A DNA stretch of 64,000 nt. It comes from the human T2T-CHM13v2.0 reference genome, Homo sapiens. The notes under the pieces are model-generated. The model saw only the letters and a program-made list of their open reading frames with translations. It was not told the DNA's origin and searched no databases. The stretch lies in NCBI RefSeq assembly GCF_009914755.1, contig NC_060927.1; one strand, written 5' to 3'. This document shows, piece by piece, positions 46,537 through 59,580 of this stretch (its first letter is position 1; each line of letters opens with the position of its first letter). The position numbers and the translations under genes are program-made.

Positions 46537-49500
46537 ACCTATAGTTAGCACCACCCTTCCCCGCAACAGAGCTCTAAGCCCCAGCCTCCAGGACCAGGAA
46601 TAGCCATTTCAGAACTTGTCCTTGAGCTTCATTTCCAAATCTGTTATGTCAGGATGATTCTTTCTCCATCACCTGCTCTCCCGTGAACTTGGTTTTCTTC
46701 CTAGATGCAGGTGTAGCACCAACAGAAGATCCCCCACAATCCCACACCCAAGCAGTGCTAGGCTTCCCTGCAGAGGACAGCCCATGTCTAAGACACAGTC
46801 ACGTCCCCAATCCCCAGATGAGTGCGGGTGTTGAGACGTGAAGGATGAATGAATGATATTCACTGCATGCTGTTATGGAAGGGAGGAAGGGAATATTTCT
46901 TCTTTAAATGCCTGCCCAGGCCTCTCCTGCCCTCCACCAAATTACAGCCTGGAGTTAAGGTGCATCTTCTCACAGGAAGAACTGGCCCCAAAAGAAGGTG
47001 CACCCTGGGGAGGTGGTGATCACTCCATGTTGCCAGAGCTACCAGCCCCGCTCTATGGATAAAGACCAAAAGTGTAGGTCCCTTCAACTCAGAAGCCCGG
47101 AGAAAGCAAATGTTGCCTGCATCCAGACAGCAACGTGGGTGGCTCTGGCAGGGGAATCCTAGAGCAGTGACTCCCCCAGCCAGGTGGTTTCCTCACCATC
47201 TCCTAGCCTGGCCTCCAGCGTACAGGTCAAGGCCACTCTGTGGCCCCCCAGCCCCCTTCCCACTCCACCACAGAACCTCACCACCATGGAGCCCCTGAGC
47301 TGGAAGCCTTGAAGGCAGTGAGTGCACGATTCTGAGAGGAGGCGAGGGCGGCACACAGCGCATGGATGAGACAGGCAGGAAGCCAGGCAGGCTCAGAATG
47401 AGTAACTGCAGATTCTCTTTGTGCCATGCCTGTTGTCACGGGGGATGGCAAGTGACTCCACTTCTCTCTCTTTCCCGCCACCTCCCGTGTCCTTGGCACC
47501 CATGTGATTCTGACATCCAGAAGGGATATGAGATGGTGCTAGAGACTAGGGACAGGTTTTAGGGATCCCAGAGGGGAGACTTCAGAACAGACCCCCCCAG
47601 GGAGGAATCCATGCAAGAAGGACATGGGGGAACAGAGAGTAGGAGGCGACTATGGCTCTCCTCCTCAAGCCTGGACTGGGAAGGCAAGGCAGACTCCAGA
47701 GGGGCTTAGGCTTTGGACAGGGTGGGGAGATTGGGACCACAGGCTTCCCACTCCCTCAGGTAGTCCGTCGGCCCCCCCTCTGCTTCTGACATCCCTCTTC
47801 CTCCAAGAAGCCTTCCCAGATCAACTGGGTGCACAAAAGGATGGCTTCCTCAGCAGATTCTACAGGACTCCCCAAGAGTGGGCCCACGGTTGACCCCCTT
47901 CCCCCCAGTGCTTCAGAACACAGGACAGGACATTCGGGAGCAATTAGTTGAAACACAGTCACATTTAATGTTGGTTGAATTTTTTAGGTTTTTGTTTGGT
48001 TTTGCTATTTTCTTTCTGCTCTTTTCATTTCTGAATATGTTTTGTGCCCTTTGATAGGTAAGGAAGGGTGGATCCCCCAGGAGAACAATTCTGAAAGAAC
48101 AAAGAAGTGATGTTTATTCTGAAGAATCTGCAAGGAAACAATTATTTCTGATTCACCTACTCCCTTCCGGGGAGCAAGGCCTGCAAAGGCATCAGATGCC
48201 TTCCCAGCCACTCACTGCCTCCAACCTGGCCATCCAGCCCTCCAACAGAGGAGAGGAGGGGTAGTGTGGGCCCCCCTCCAGAGCCAGGGGAAGGCAACCC
48301 ATCCCCACTGGTAGCCAGTCCCTCTCCCTCCCTCCCCACCCTGCCCACCAGCCATTCACTGGTGGGTCACATGGCAAAGTGAGGTCTGCCTCTCCAATCC
48401 TCACACCCGTCATATACCCTCAAGTGTCCAAGAACCTTGTCCTCCAGGAGAGCAGGAGAACTTCAACAACCCTGGGGGCATGACACATTAATGATAGGAT
48501 TTCAGCATCCTGCAGCTGGCTAGGTGCTGTGTGTGTATGTATGTGTTGAGGAGTGAGGGCTGAGGATTCATGACACCCCAAACCCACAGGTTTGCTCTTC
48601 ACATCTAGGGCTCCTAGGACACCATGCCAGCACAAGTAACTTCCCAGGAAAAAGACACAATTCCACTGTCCTGCCAGGGAACTGAGACCCGAGACGGGGT
48701 ACACAGGGTCATAAGGAGAGACAAAGACCCCTGATTTCTGAGCTAACAGCAGCCGTCAGGGGTGTGGATAGCTGAGGAGATGGCTGAGGATGATTCAAAC
48801 ACTCCCGCCATTGGGAGATCGAGTACAAACCCAAGAAAGGCTAGGACAGAGGCATCTCCACAGCTCCCAAATCTAAGGAAAGGCCTGTGTCCAGCCTCAC
48901 TGATTATATCGGGAAGGAGGTAGAAATTGCAGGGAGTACAGTAGCTCCCCAAGTTCCCCTCATGGCAAGGGGATGCTGCCCATCCACCTCTGTGCCCCCA
49001 GTGCACAGCACAGGGCCTGGCACACAGAAAGAGATTAATAAATGTGCATGGAAGAAAGGAGGGAGGGGCTCCATGGTGGCGAGGTTCCCTTTAATGAAGG
49101 GAAGGAGGAGAGGGAGGAAAGGGAAAAAGAGCAAGTGCAGGGGATGGAATGCTGGAAGGGAGGAAGAAAGAAGAGAAAGAAGAGAGAGTGGAAAGAAAGT
49201 GTAAGTACGCCCTGAAGAAAGGGCCAGGGCACTCATCCCTTCCCGGCTTTCCCCCACTCCCCTCAAGCCCACCCCATGGCAGCATCCCAACGTTCCCTCT
49301 CTGTAGGGAGGGAAGCCCTGGTGGGTCCTCAGGGAGCTCCTGCGCGCCTAGCGCGGGACCTCCTTCAGGTAGCCGCACATTCTGCTCAGGGCTCTGGGAC
49401 CCGCTGCCCTCTCCGCCTCTCCACTGAACTCCGCCTCTCCTTCTGTCACACGGCTCCGCCAGCCACTCTATCCTGCCGCCGCGACCACATCTCCAGCCTC

Positions 49501-50619
49501 GATTGTGCAGGCTCGAGCCCGTAGAAAGAGGGCTAGCAGCCACCTGCGCTTGGTCCACAAGAAGACGCGCTCCCAGGGCGCAGAGCTGGTGACCCCGCTC
49601 CCCATGCCAGGGACGAATAAACGAGAAAAGGGGCTGACCCGGTGTCACCCAGCGGCCGAGCAGCCGCCCCTTGGAAGCTCAGCACCAAAGGCAGGCGGCC
49701 AGGGTCCTGGCCCCTCTCTGGACCCCAGTATCCCCAGCTGTAAAATAGGGAATGCAGGAGGAGGACGACGTCTGTGGTTCGTTTTAGGTCAGCTGCGGAG
49801 TCGGCCTGCGGGCTGGGAGCAGACCTCGCTCCCCACGCGAGGGCGCTGGCACTTCAGCCCAGCCTCCCTGGGGAGGTGCCCTGGACGAGACCCGCGAGGG
49901 TGCGGACACCTCATCCTCCCTGGAGCAGGTCTCCCGAGGCTTGAAGGGCCAGGGCACCCAACAGGTGCTGAGCGCGCCCCACCAGGTCACCCGGGAGCAG
50001 GGAACACCAAGGAACCCAGAGTCGGGCCTCTTTCGAGCCCTCGCTTCCTCTCGCCTGGCTTCTTCGGCGCGAAGGATGAATTGGGGTTGTTGAAAATTGA
50101 TCAAACAACCCGATCTCTGTCAGCGCCTGGACACTTGCTGGGCCCCAGCTCGCAGCCTGGGAAGATAAGTGGCACTTCCTGTCTCGTAATCGGATTTGCG
50201 CGCACGAACCCTCGGAGACGCACAGGTGGGAAATGGGGAGGCTGGCGGGGAGGCCTCCTGGAGGAGGTGGCTCCGAGGGTAGACATGAGGAGCGCCCTGG
50301 GATGGGGCTGAGGGTGGATACAGAGGTGGGAGCTTGCGAAGGTCGTGAGCTAAGCATGGAAGGATGGAATGTGTTCGGGTCTCGAGATTCCCGGGTGATG
50401 AGCCCGGAGGGGCGAAGGCCTATAAATGTCTCACGACGGAAGACCAAGGTGTGGGATTGGCAAAGAGAGAGCAGAGCTTCCTCACTGGCAGGGGCTCCCC
50501 AGCCCCGCCCCATACCTGCGCGGCGGCCCCGCCTCCACCCATCCATTGGCTAGATCCGCCGCCCGTCAGACGAGCCCCCGGGGCCCGCCCCCAGCCCTGA
50601 GCTGCGCCTCTTAGCTCTG

Positions 50620-50731
50620 GGGCCACAGCGCCAGCGCCACTCTGCCAGGCTCCCGGCCATCGCCCGCCTGGTGCGCCGCCCGCCAGCTCTTTGCCCGCGC
50701 GGGGCCGCCCGCCGCGGGCTCAGGGCAGACC
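50620..50731 (+). other. VIPR1: VIPR1 5' UTR (approximate start)
   Basis: GC-rich, ATG-free stretch directly upstream of the start codon and downstream of GC/CCAAT boxes. The exact TSS cannot be determined from sequence. Confidence 0.65.
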
Positions 50732-50809
50732 ATGCGCCCGCCAAGTCCGCTGCCCGCCCGCTGGCTATGCGTGCTGGCAGGCGCCCTCGCCTGGGCCCTT
50801 GGGCCGGCG
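50732..50809 (+). CDS. VIPR1: VIPR1 (vasoactive intestinal polypeptide receptor 1) coding exon 1, signal peptide codons 1-26
   Basis: GCAGACC-ATG at 50732 translates MRPPSPLPARWLCVLAGALAWALGPA, which I recognise as the VPAC1 N-terminus. It ends at canonical donor GCG|GTGAGT (GT 50810-50811), phase 0, inside a CpG island. Confidence 0.97.
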
Positions 50810-53800
50810 GTGAGTGTTCGCCCGGCCGCCCAGAGTCCCGGCAGCCTGGGGGTTGCGGAGGGCGGGGGAGGTGGGGGATGGCGGGAGCCGGGCCGTCTGT
50901 GCGCGTGTCTGTGTAAGAGGAATAGGGGACATCAAGCATCTCGACTCGCCTCCTCCCACCGCTCCAGACCGAACCTAGACGCGAGGGCTGGGATATTGGT
51001 CGTGCCCAGTCCCTCCCAGCGCAGCCCGGAGCAGGCACAGCATCAGTGGAGGGGCAGCGGGGAAGAGTGGGCCCCAGACTTGCCTTCCTTGTCGTGGTTG
51101 TGGGTGCGCAGCGGGGTGGGGCGGCCAGTGGGTGCAGAGTCAGGTACTGCGGCCGATTGAGATGGAAGGTTTGGTACACCGTAGGTGAGAGGGAGGATGT
51201 GAGGGGCCGTTCTTGTGTGCTGTGACCGTCTGGAGGTGCCTGTGGGCTGTCAGCATCAGAACCAGTGCTGGGGGCCCCAGGACTTGAGAAGGGGTTCTTG
51301 GGATCAGGTGAGTGACAGGCACATCCCTCCGTGTGCCCTCCCACTGAGCAAAGCAAAAAGGTACCAGACCCCAAGGTGGAAGCTGGTGGGCAGTGAGGGG
51401 CTAAGGGTGGTGGTTAACAGGAGGGGCCAGGCCTGTACATGGAGAGAGCTGAGCAGGGAGCCAATGCCAACAAGCAGTGGCCTCCCTCTTCCTCCCACTT
51501 CTGCTTCCTCTCAACGTGGGTATGTGTATGCCCTTGATACATGTGTACTCGTGTGCCCCATGTGTGGGTGTGATATGTGTGCCTGTGGATGGCTTACCTG
51601 GGCTGGGAGGCAGATGCTGATTGAGGCAGGAGATGCATGGATCATCTCACTCTAGAACAGGGGAGACCTCAGCACTCATTGAGTCTCCTGAAGCCCATTT
51701 TACAGATGGGCAAAGCGAGGTCCAGAGACACAAGAGCCACATCTGTCTCCCACCAGTTAGACCTAGACAGAGGTTGATTTTCTCCCTACCCCAGACTTTG
51801 AGTAATCTAGAGTTGCTGCTTAGGCAGGGCCTTAAATGCCCACTCCAAGTTGGCTGGGGGAGGGTGAGGAATCTTGATTATCTAGTTCATTCTCTCCCAT
51901 GGTCACTTCCCTTACCATCACCTCCACCAGAGCAGGTATCTCTGTGTTTCCATCTAGCGGATGTCTTGAGCACCCTGGGAATGGGAAGCTCATTGCCTGT
52001 CCTAGGAGCGGACCTCTGACAATTGGCAGGAGCCTCACCTCCACCCATGACAGCCATGAGACCCACCTCCTGAGCACTCAAAATCTTACCAAGCTCTGTC
52101 CCAGAGGCCACAGCTCTGGCACAACTTGCATGAAGCCTTCAGGCCTCTCCAACCACCATCTGGCCCTCCCAACCCCAGGTTCAAGCCACTCAAACTCTTC
52201 TTGGATGAACCGGGGATCTTGGGACCACTGTTGTCACCCCATTCCTCCATCCCGAGAAGCTTCTGAGCCCAGGGGCAGAGTGGATTCAGAGAGGTCTCCT
52301 TTCACACCAGGCCACTTCTACTTCACACTTCCTGAGACAGCCCAAATCTGTCTCCTCCCTCCAATGCCTACCCTCCCCCTGTCTTTCCACATCTTATTCG
52401 TTTAGTGCCCAACTCTATCTCCTCCTCCAGACAGCCTTCCCTGATTGCTCCAGCCAACTCAACCCTTCCCCCTCTAACCCCACCCTTCAGCCCTACCCAC
52501 CTCCCAGGCTGGGCTATTCTGGCCATCCTATAAGGTCAGGGGCTGGGGTCTCTTACATCCCCATGTTTCTTACAGCCCAGTGCAGGGGCTGGGTCCACAG
52601 AGAGAGGAGAAGGGACTCAACCAGGACTGGGTGAGGGCAGGCTGGAGTGAGGGGTCCCTATTTCCCTCCCTGATTCTCCCTCCTCCCCACCAGCTACCAA
52701 TCGCTCCCTCATGGAATGGGGCAAACCTGCTCTAGCCGGACTCGGTGTGACGGCGGGGTGGGGGGGCGGGGTGACAGGAGTTATCAGAGTCATAAAATGG
52801 CAGCTGCAAAGTTCAAGTTGAAGGCCCAAGGCCTTATCACTCCTGTTTATGGTGCCCTGACTTCAGCCTGGGAAGGAGAAATCTCTGAAAAGGGAGGCAA
52901 AAAAAAAAAAAAAAAAAAAAAAGGAAAGAAAACCTCCAGTGTCTCAGAGGAGGAAGTCTGCCCCAAGGCCACCTGTCAAGCCTTCCACTGCCCCTGCCCC
53001 CCGGACAGCAGGCACAGGGACTCCTCATCCAGAAGCAGAGCTGCTCAGGGCAATGCCCAGTACGAGGCTGGGGGAGGAGGGTCACAGGCCTCCTCGTGGG
53101 AAATTCTCTATCTGGTGTGGGAGACCAGACCCAGTGACTTAGGAGAAAGAGTCCAGGTGGATGTGGGGTACAGCCTCCTAGAACTGGGGCAGGGGTTGCT
53201 GAGAGGAACAGTCAGGGGAGGCTCCTGGAAGAAGCAGGACTGTGCCCTAAAGAGTTTGACCAGATGGGCCAATCTTTCACCCTAAACCATAAAACAGCCT
53301 CTGTTGACAGGACCAATGGGCCTGCCCCCAGAAGGAGGAGTCCCAGGGACTGGGAGAGGCTCGGCTTCTCCCCAACTCTGAGGTTGATCAGTGGCCACAA
53401 GCTCCTGAAGGCCTTGCCTTGCCACCGGCATCCTGCTGCCCCTGCCACCTGCCTCTAGCCTCTCCAGAGGCGGACCACAGCTGCCCAGGCCCTCTTGGCC
53501 CCCAGCAGGCCACCCTGTGAGCTTTGGGAAACATGGCTGCATCTGGGTCAGGCCTCCTCCTCAAGTGAGGTTACCACCTCAGTTAGGCCTGGCCAGGGCT
53601 CCCAGGGTACCATGCTGGAAAAGCGAGCCCTTTTGGAAGTTTCTACCCTCCTGTCCTGGTGCACTAAGACTATGCCTTCTCTGAGGTTTGTGGGACATCC
53701 TTGGGGAGCCCAGGCTGGAAACAGGAGAGCTGGTCCTCACTCCACTCCATGGCAATGGCTTGACCTTGGGAACATCTTTAACTTTTGTGGAAGGGCCTCG

Positions 53801-54509
53801 GGTTCCTCACCACAAAAGGGAAGGTGAGAGGCCTCCGCCCAGTGTGCAGGAGAAGTGGGAGGAGAGGGTTAGGCTGGAGCCAACTCTGCCTCCTGAGTGG
53901 GACATAATCTACCCCTGGAGCACCAGGGTCTCTGTGAAAGGGGGTTTGTCTTTCAAGCAGGACTTCTGTGAGCTTTGAAGGAGGTAAAGGTTGTGAAGGT
54001 GGCTATGTGAACTGTGTGACTGTCATCCCTTCTCCTACGTCCCCAGCTTGGGAGCCCTGTGCAAACTTATACAGCTATTTCTGGCCCCCATCTTCCCACA
54101 GGTTCCCAGGGCAGCAGGAGTCCTGGGGAATGGGGGACGTTTCCTCATTAGGTGGCCAAAACATTTTGGGGGTAAGGCTCCAGGCCTAGGTAGGCAATGG
54201 GGCCTCTCAGAGCAGATGGGCCTTCACAACGTGGGCAGCCTCAGTGGAAATCCAACATGGGCCATGAGACCAGGGTAGGGGCTCTAACCTGCCACGTGCC
54301 ACAACTCTGCCATTGCTGGGCCCTTCACTGTGGCTCCTTTGGCCATGGAGCAGGGAATGGGGCCTGGGGACTATGTAAAGCCTAGTCCCTTTCTTAAATC
54401 CTTCTGTTCAACCCCCAGATTCTGCCTTCCCCTCTCTGACTTCTTAACACAAAATGATTTTTATTGTACCCATTGAAAATGTCAGTATGTACTCTCTCAC
54501 ATAACTTAG

Positions 54510-54827
<318 letters not shown>

Positions 54828-57800
54828 TAGAAGTATTTCTGAAGAAGAAAAAAACAGTTTAATCTCTCCACCACGTGTATAGTGTTTTAAATTTTTACTT
54901 TTTTTGTGAAAATTTTTAAACAAGCAGAGACAACATTATAATGAACGTGCAAATACCCAATTCCGAGGTTTGACAATTGTTAACATCTAACAATTAATAT
55001 ATGCTTCATTTGCTTTTGGGCTGAAGTATTTTAAAGTAAATTATAAACCTCCTGACCTTTTACCCCAAATCATTTCAGAATGCATCTCTAAAACCAAAGG
55101 ACACTCTTCTATATAACTATGATACTGTCATTACACACCTAACAAAATTGACAGGAATTGCTTAATATCTAATATTCAAATATCCCCAGCCGGAATGTAA
55201 TGAAGTGCCACAGGATGAGTGGTGATATTATCCAGGGCTTGGTCTTCTCGCAGGAGTTTCATGTCTGTGTCTGACGGGACTGTCCAGCGAGCTGGCAGGG
55301 AGAAAGCAGGGTGCCTTGGCAGTGAGCCTCAGGCTAGCCTCCACTGGGAGGACCCAGTCTTTTCGTGCAGCCCCTCTCATGCGGCCCATTATCTCTCAGG
55401 AAGTGCCTCCTACTACCTAACTTCAAAACAAGTTCTTCCTGCACAGCAGGTCACCAGAGGAGGGGGAAGAGGCCACCAACCAATCTCCATGTACTAAGGA
55501 CTCATAGCCTTGTGGCTGCCTGTGCTGGAGTCCAGCCCTCTGCAGGTGGCTCCAACACCAACGTCACCCACAGGCACTGTGTTTATAAGCTGAGTCCTGC
55601 AAACTCCAGTTCCCTAGGTGTGGCCAGGATCGTGAACAAGCAGCAGAGGATTTAAACTAAATGCTTAGCCTGTGTTCCTCTGCAAATAAAGGCTTCATGC
55701 CCCCAAAAGAAACCTTCCAAGAAGAACCCTTAGATGGGAACAAGCTAAGTGTCTGTGCTTGGGTTCTGCTAATTATGAGAGCCCTTGTCCTGATATCACT
55801 CTGAGATGTGGAAAGTTCTTCTTACCCAAAGCACAATCCTGTATCCCTATGTCTCCCCCTCTTCCTCCCCATCCCCATCAACACTCACACAGCAGTTCTC
55901 ATTCTCTTCTTCTACCAGAGCTCAGCCTTCCCCAAGAGGAAGTGAGGCTGGCAAAAAAAAAAAAAAAAAGAATTTGCAGCGGGGAGGCTTTGGGCTGTTG
56001 GCTAAGGGATGTAAAAATACAAGGAAGAGAAATCAGTACGGGGCGAAGGTAACTGGCAGACTTGAGACCTCTGGTGGGTACGGCTGGCACTTGTCAGTGG
56101 GTAGGACCTTCAGCCTACCTGGGGTTATGCAAGGCACTACGGCTGTGGCTAGGCTTGGATGTGGACAGCAGGGGCAGCCTGGCATGAGGACTGGACTAGA
56201 GCTTTGGCAGTCGCTGCTAACCCCCCTGGTGCCTGGCTGGTGTCTTTTACATGTGACCCTCAACCCCAATTCTAGAAGTAGGTGGTATTGTTATTGTCCC
56301 CATTTTATAGATGAAGTTGAGTAAATTGCCCAAGTCATCCAGCCAGGAAGCAGCAGACAGTCTCATTCTGGAACCTGTGGTCTGAACTAGGCTCTGCCAC
56401 CTCGTGAAGAGGGGCTACTACTTCCAGGGTGGGCGACGGCGTGTCACATGCTGCGCTGGGACTTTAGATATTTTTAAAATTAGTAAAATATAGAAATCTG
56501 AATTGACAGCTCAGTGAATTGTCACATATGTGTACACCTGTGTCACCACTGCCCAGGTCAAACTATTATACATTCCCATCACCCTAGCAGGCTGCCCTGC
56601 AATGAGGGGAAGTCTTATTTTGATTTCCTTTAGTGCTCTCTGCAAAGCTGGGAGCATGTTTCTCCTTTCTTTTGTGACTCCTGGATCCCATGATCCAACT
56701 TATGTCCTTTACCCACTCCTTTTCTGCCCTTCCTCCTCCCACCTTTTCTCTCCTCTCTCCCCTCTTGCCTCCCAACTACAAGGGCTGCACGTTCTCGCCC
56801 ACTCACGTGCAAAAGCCAGCAAGGATGGGAAGGTGAGCTGCTGTCCTGTGTGCCTGTGATCACACTGCTTTCTCTCTGGCTCCTCCATTCCCCCTGTGTC
56901 TCTTTTTTACCCCATGATTTCAGCAGGGGGCTGGCAGAGTAGAGTAAATAAGTCGTGAGATATGAGATGGTTTCTGTAAAGGGCTAGGGTCATGTGGGAG
57001 AGGGTAAATGAAACCACTCCTGAGCCCCCTGTCCTCTACTCCCCATTCCCCTGCCTCCATTAACAGTTGCAGGCTGGAAAAAAATAAAATAGCCCTCTTG
57101 ACAAACCTCAGAAGCACAAATCATCCATGGAGGCTCTGCATGCTTGGCAATTTACAGACAGTTCTTTCTCCTGCCTCACCTTATCCAGCCTGTTGCATTC
57201 TGTGCTCCTCTCAGAGACCAGCTTCTCCTCGGAGGGACTCATGCTTCCTGCTGTGCTACTTGGCTCCTCCTGCCCTAGTTCTCTGGCCCCAGATGATGAG
57301 GCTGGGGCTTCTGATTCGAGGCAGTAGCTGTGGTCTCAGGCTTCCCTTGAGGGGATTGAACATGGCCTACGAACCTGAGCATGGCCCACCCTGTCTTTCA
57401 GAGCCCCTTGCATCTAACAGCTACAACTCCCAGCATCTTCACCCATACCCCCATCACCACACCTAGCCTTTGCTCCAGATCTCAGAGAACCCCACATGGA
57501 CAGGAAAAAGCAGGGCTTTCTCTCTAGCCCCTCACCAATTCCTATGCTTGACTGAGCTCCAAAAAGTAAGCTTAAAGGCAGCCTGACCCTGCCGTTGAGC
57601 TGAGGCTAGAGAGTTTTGGTCCAGGCTGGGCTCTCAGCACCTTCTTTGGGGCAGGAGTTCCTAAGCCCAGAAGGGACCCAGGCTGAAGAAGACTGAAGAA
57701 GTCCACAGCATCTTCTCCATCCTGGTCTTCTTCTGTCCTCTGCCATGGGGCTAGCGGGATGTGGGAGGTGAATGACAGGGAGTTGGCAGGAGAATCCTGA

Positions 57801-59039
57801 GTCTAGTTGGAGACAGGGACTAACCAAGTCTTGTTCATTCCACCTGCCCCCTCCTCTCTGTGCCCTCTCTTTATATCCACTGTCCTGCCCAGGCTTCATC
57901 AGTTCCTGCCTGGACTGGTGCAGTAGCTTTCAGCCCCACCACCTGCAACCTGAGGGATCTTTGTAAAATGTGTATCCCCCATCCTCAGTCTCCTGCTTCA
58001 AGTCTCTGTTGGCCCCCATGGCCTAGGAGTGAAAGCTCACACTTGAAAACTGGCATTCCAGGCCCTTCCCAATCCTACCCCAGTCTACATCTCTCAACTT
58101 GTCTCCTGATGCCCCCAGAACTCCTTGCTGCAGCTACACCAGACTTCTCACAGCCTTGCATGTATTAGGCATTTTCATGCCTCCATGCCTGTGCACACGC
58201 TGCTCTACTTTCTGGGGTGCTCTTACTCCACTTCTAATTGTCTAACTTGCACATCCTCCATGACCTACCTCTACAGAATGAGTACAGCATACCCATTCTG
58301 TAGGAAGCCCAGACTCCAGCTATATCCCACCCTGGAACACTTCCCTGACATCAGTAGACTTGGCTATATTCAGCCAGGGAATTTTTCAACTCTCTCTGTG
58401 TTCCTGAAGTCCAGAGGGATAATGAGGATGTTTAGAATAGGGAAATAAATAAGTGGGAGAGGAAGTCCAAAGTCTGCCTGAATTCCTTAGTGATAAGGAC
58501 TAGAGGGAGCTGCCCTGGCCCGGTCCCTCAAAGGGCAATGGTTGACCAGAGGGTCCAAGGCGAGGCTGTGTTGAAGGATTGATGCAGTCCAGACCAGCGG
58601 TCAGAGACTTAGGTCCCATCTGGGAATGCGCATTTGCTGGGTGACCTCAGGTCCCTCTTTGGGTCTCCATTTCCTCTACCCCTCCCCAGATAGGGCTCAA
58701 CACTAAACTAAATTGTGACAAAGAGAGAGCTCATCTTCCAGACCACACCCACTGTTTCATAAACACCACAGGCTTCGGTACCCACCCCTCCTTTCTCTCC
58801 AAACTGCCTCTAAGGAAGGGCTGTGTGTCTGTGCTGCTGAGGGGGCAGAGTTGGCTGGAGAAGTTGACCCAACACTCTTCTACCCTCAGAGAGTCGCAAG
58901 CAGAAGCTGCCAGAAATCCTAGGCGCCCATGGTGATTGGGAAACAAATATTTCTTGGCAAACTATATGGCCACAGTCCTGGCTTAAGAAGGCCCAGAAAG
59001 TGAGGGCGTCCATTATCTTGTCCTCAGAGGGCAAGGCTG

Positions 59040-59580
59040 GACACTTTTGTTTACAGCGACCAACAGAAAACTCAACTGATCCAAGCCATAAAGGAAAGGC
59101 ATCAGCTCATGTTGCTAGCAGTAGAGCTGGTTTCAGGCATGGCTGCATTCACAGACCCAGACAATATTAAGAGAACCTGATTTTTCTCCATCTCTCTATT
59201 CTGCCTTCAGCTGTATAGTTTTTATCCGTGTGTTCCACTTGTCAACAAGAAGACAGCAGAAGCTTGAGCCCTTGCTTCCTTTAAGGTTTCCAGTCCAGTG
59301 GGGAAAAACCAAATTCACTTTCTTAATCACTTAATCCAAAGTCCCAGGAGTGAGCCTCCTGGCTCTGAGTAGCCTGACTCAGGCCATGTGTCAGGCACTG
59401 TGGCCAGGAATGCTCTGATGGACTTAAGCCTTGGTCACATGTCAATCCCCTGGAAGAGGGTTCATCAGAACTCCATGAACTAGAGGTAGGGAAGGAGGTT
59501 GTTTCCCAGACACAGATGAGGACATGGCACCAGAAGAGAGTAAAGGATGGTGGAAGGCAGAAACAAGAGATATCTGCTAC
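59040..59580 (-). mobile_element. MLT1K/L-like LTR in intron 1
   Basis: GACCAACAGAAAACTCAACT...TTCAGGCATGGCTG...CTTGGTCACATG. Confidence 0.6.

Larger units (their letters stand above)
49340..51160. promoter_or_regulatory. CpG island / VIPR1 proximal promoter
   Basis: Dense CpGs compared with the CpG-depleted flanks. GC boxes (CCCCGCCC ~50502, CCCGCCCC ~50584), inverted CCAAT (ATTGG ~50456, ~50545), TATAAA at 50421, and GATAAG 50164 next to ETS ACTTCCTGT 50174. Confidence 0.9.

Noticed and set aside
49678-49698. RE1/NRSE-like CTCAGCACCAAAGGCAG
   Set aside because: The right half-site deviates from GGACAG at two positions; too weak to call.
50810-51160. Continuation of ORF 50732..51160 beyond codon 26
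   Set aside because: It is read-through past the canonical GTGAGT donor into intron 1.
49505-51374. 268-aa (+) and 274-aa (-) ORFs
   Set aside because: These are by-products of stop-codon scarcity in the CpG island; the only supported CDS here is VIPR1 exon 1.
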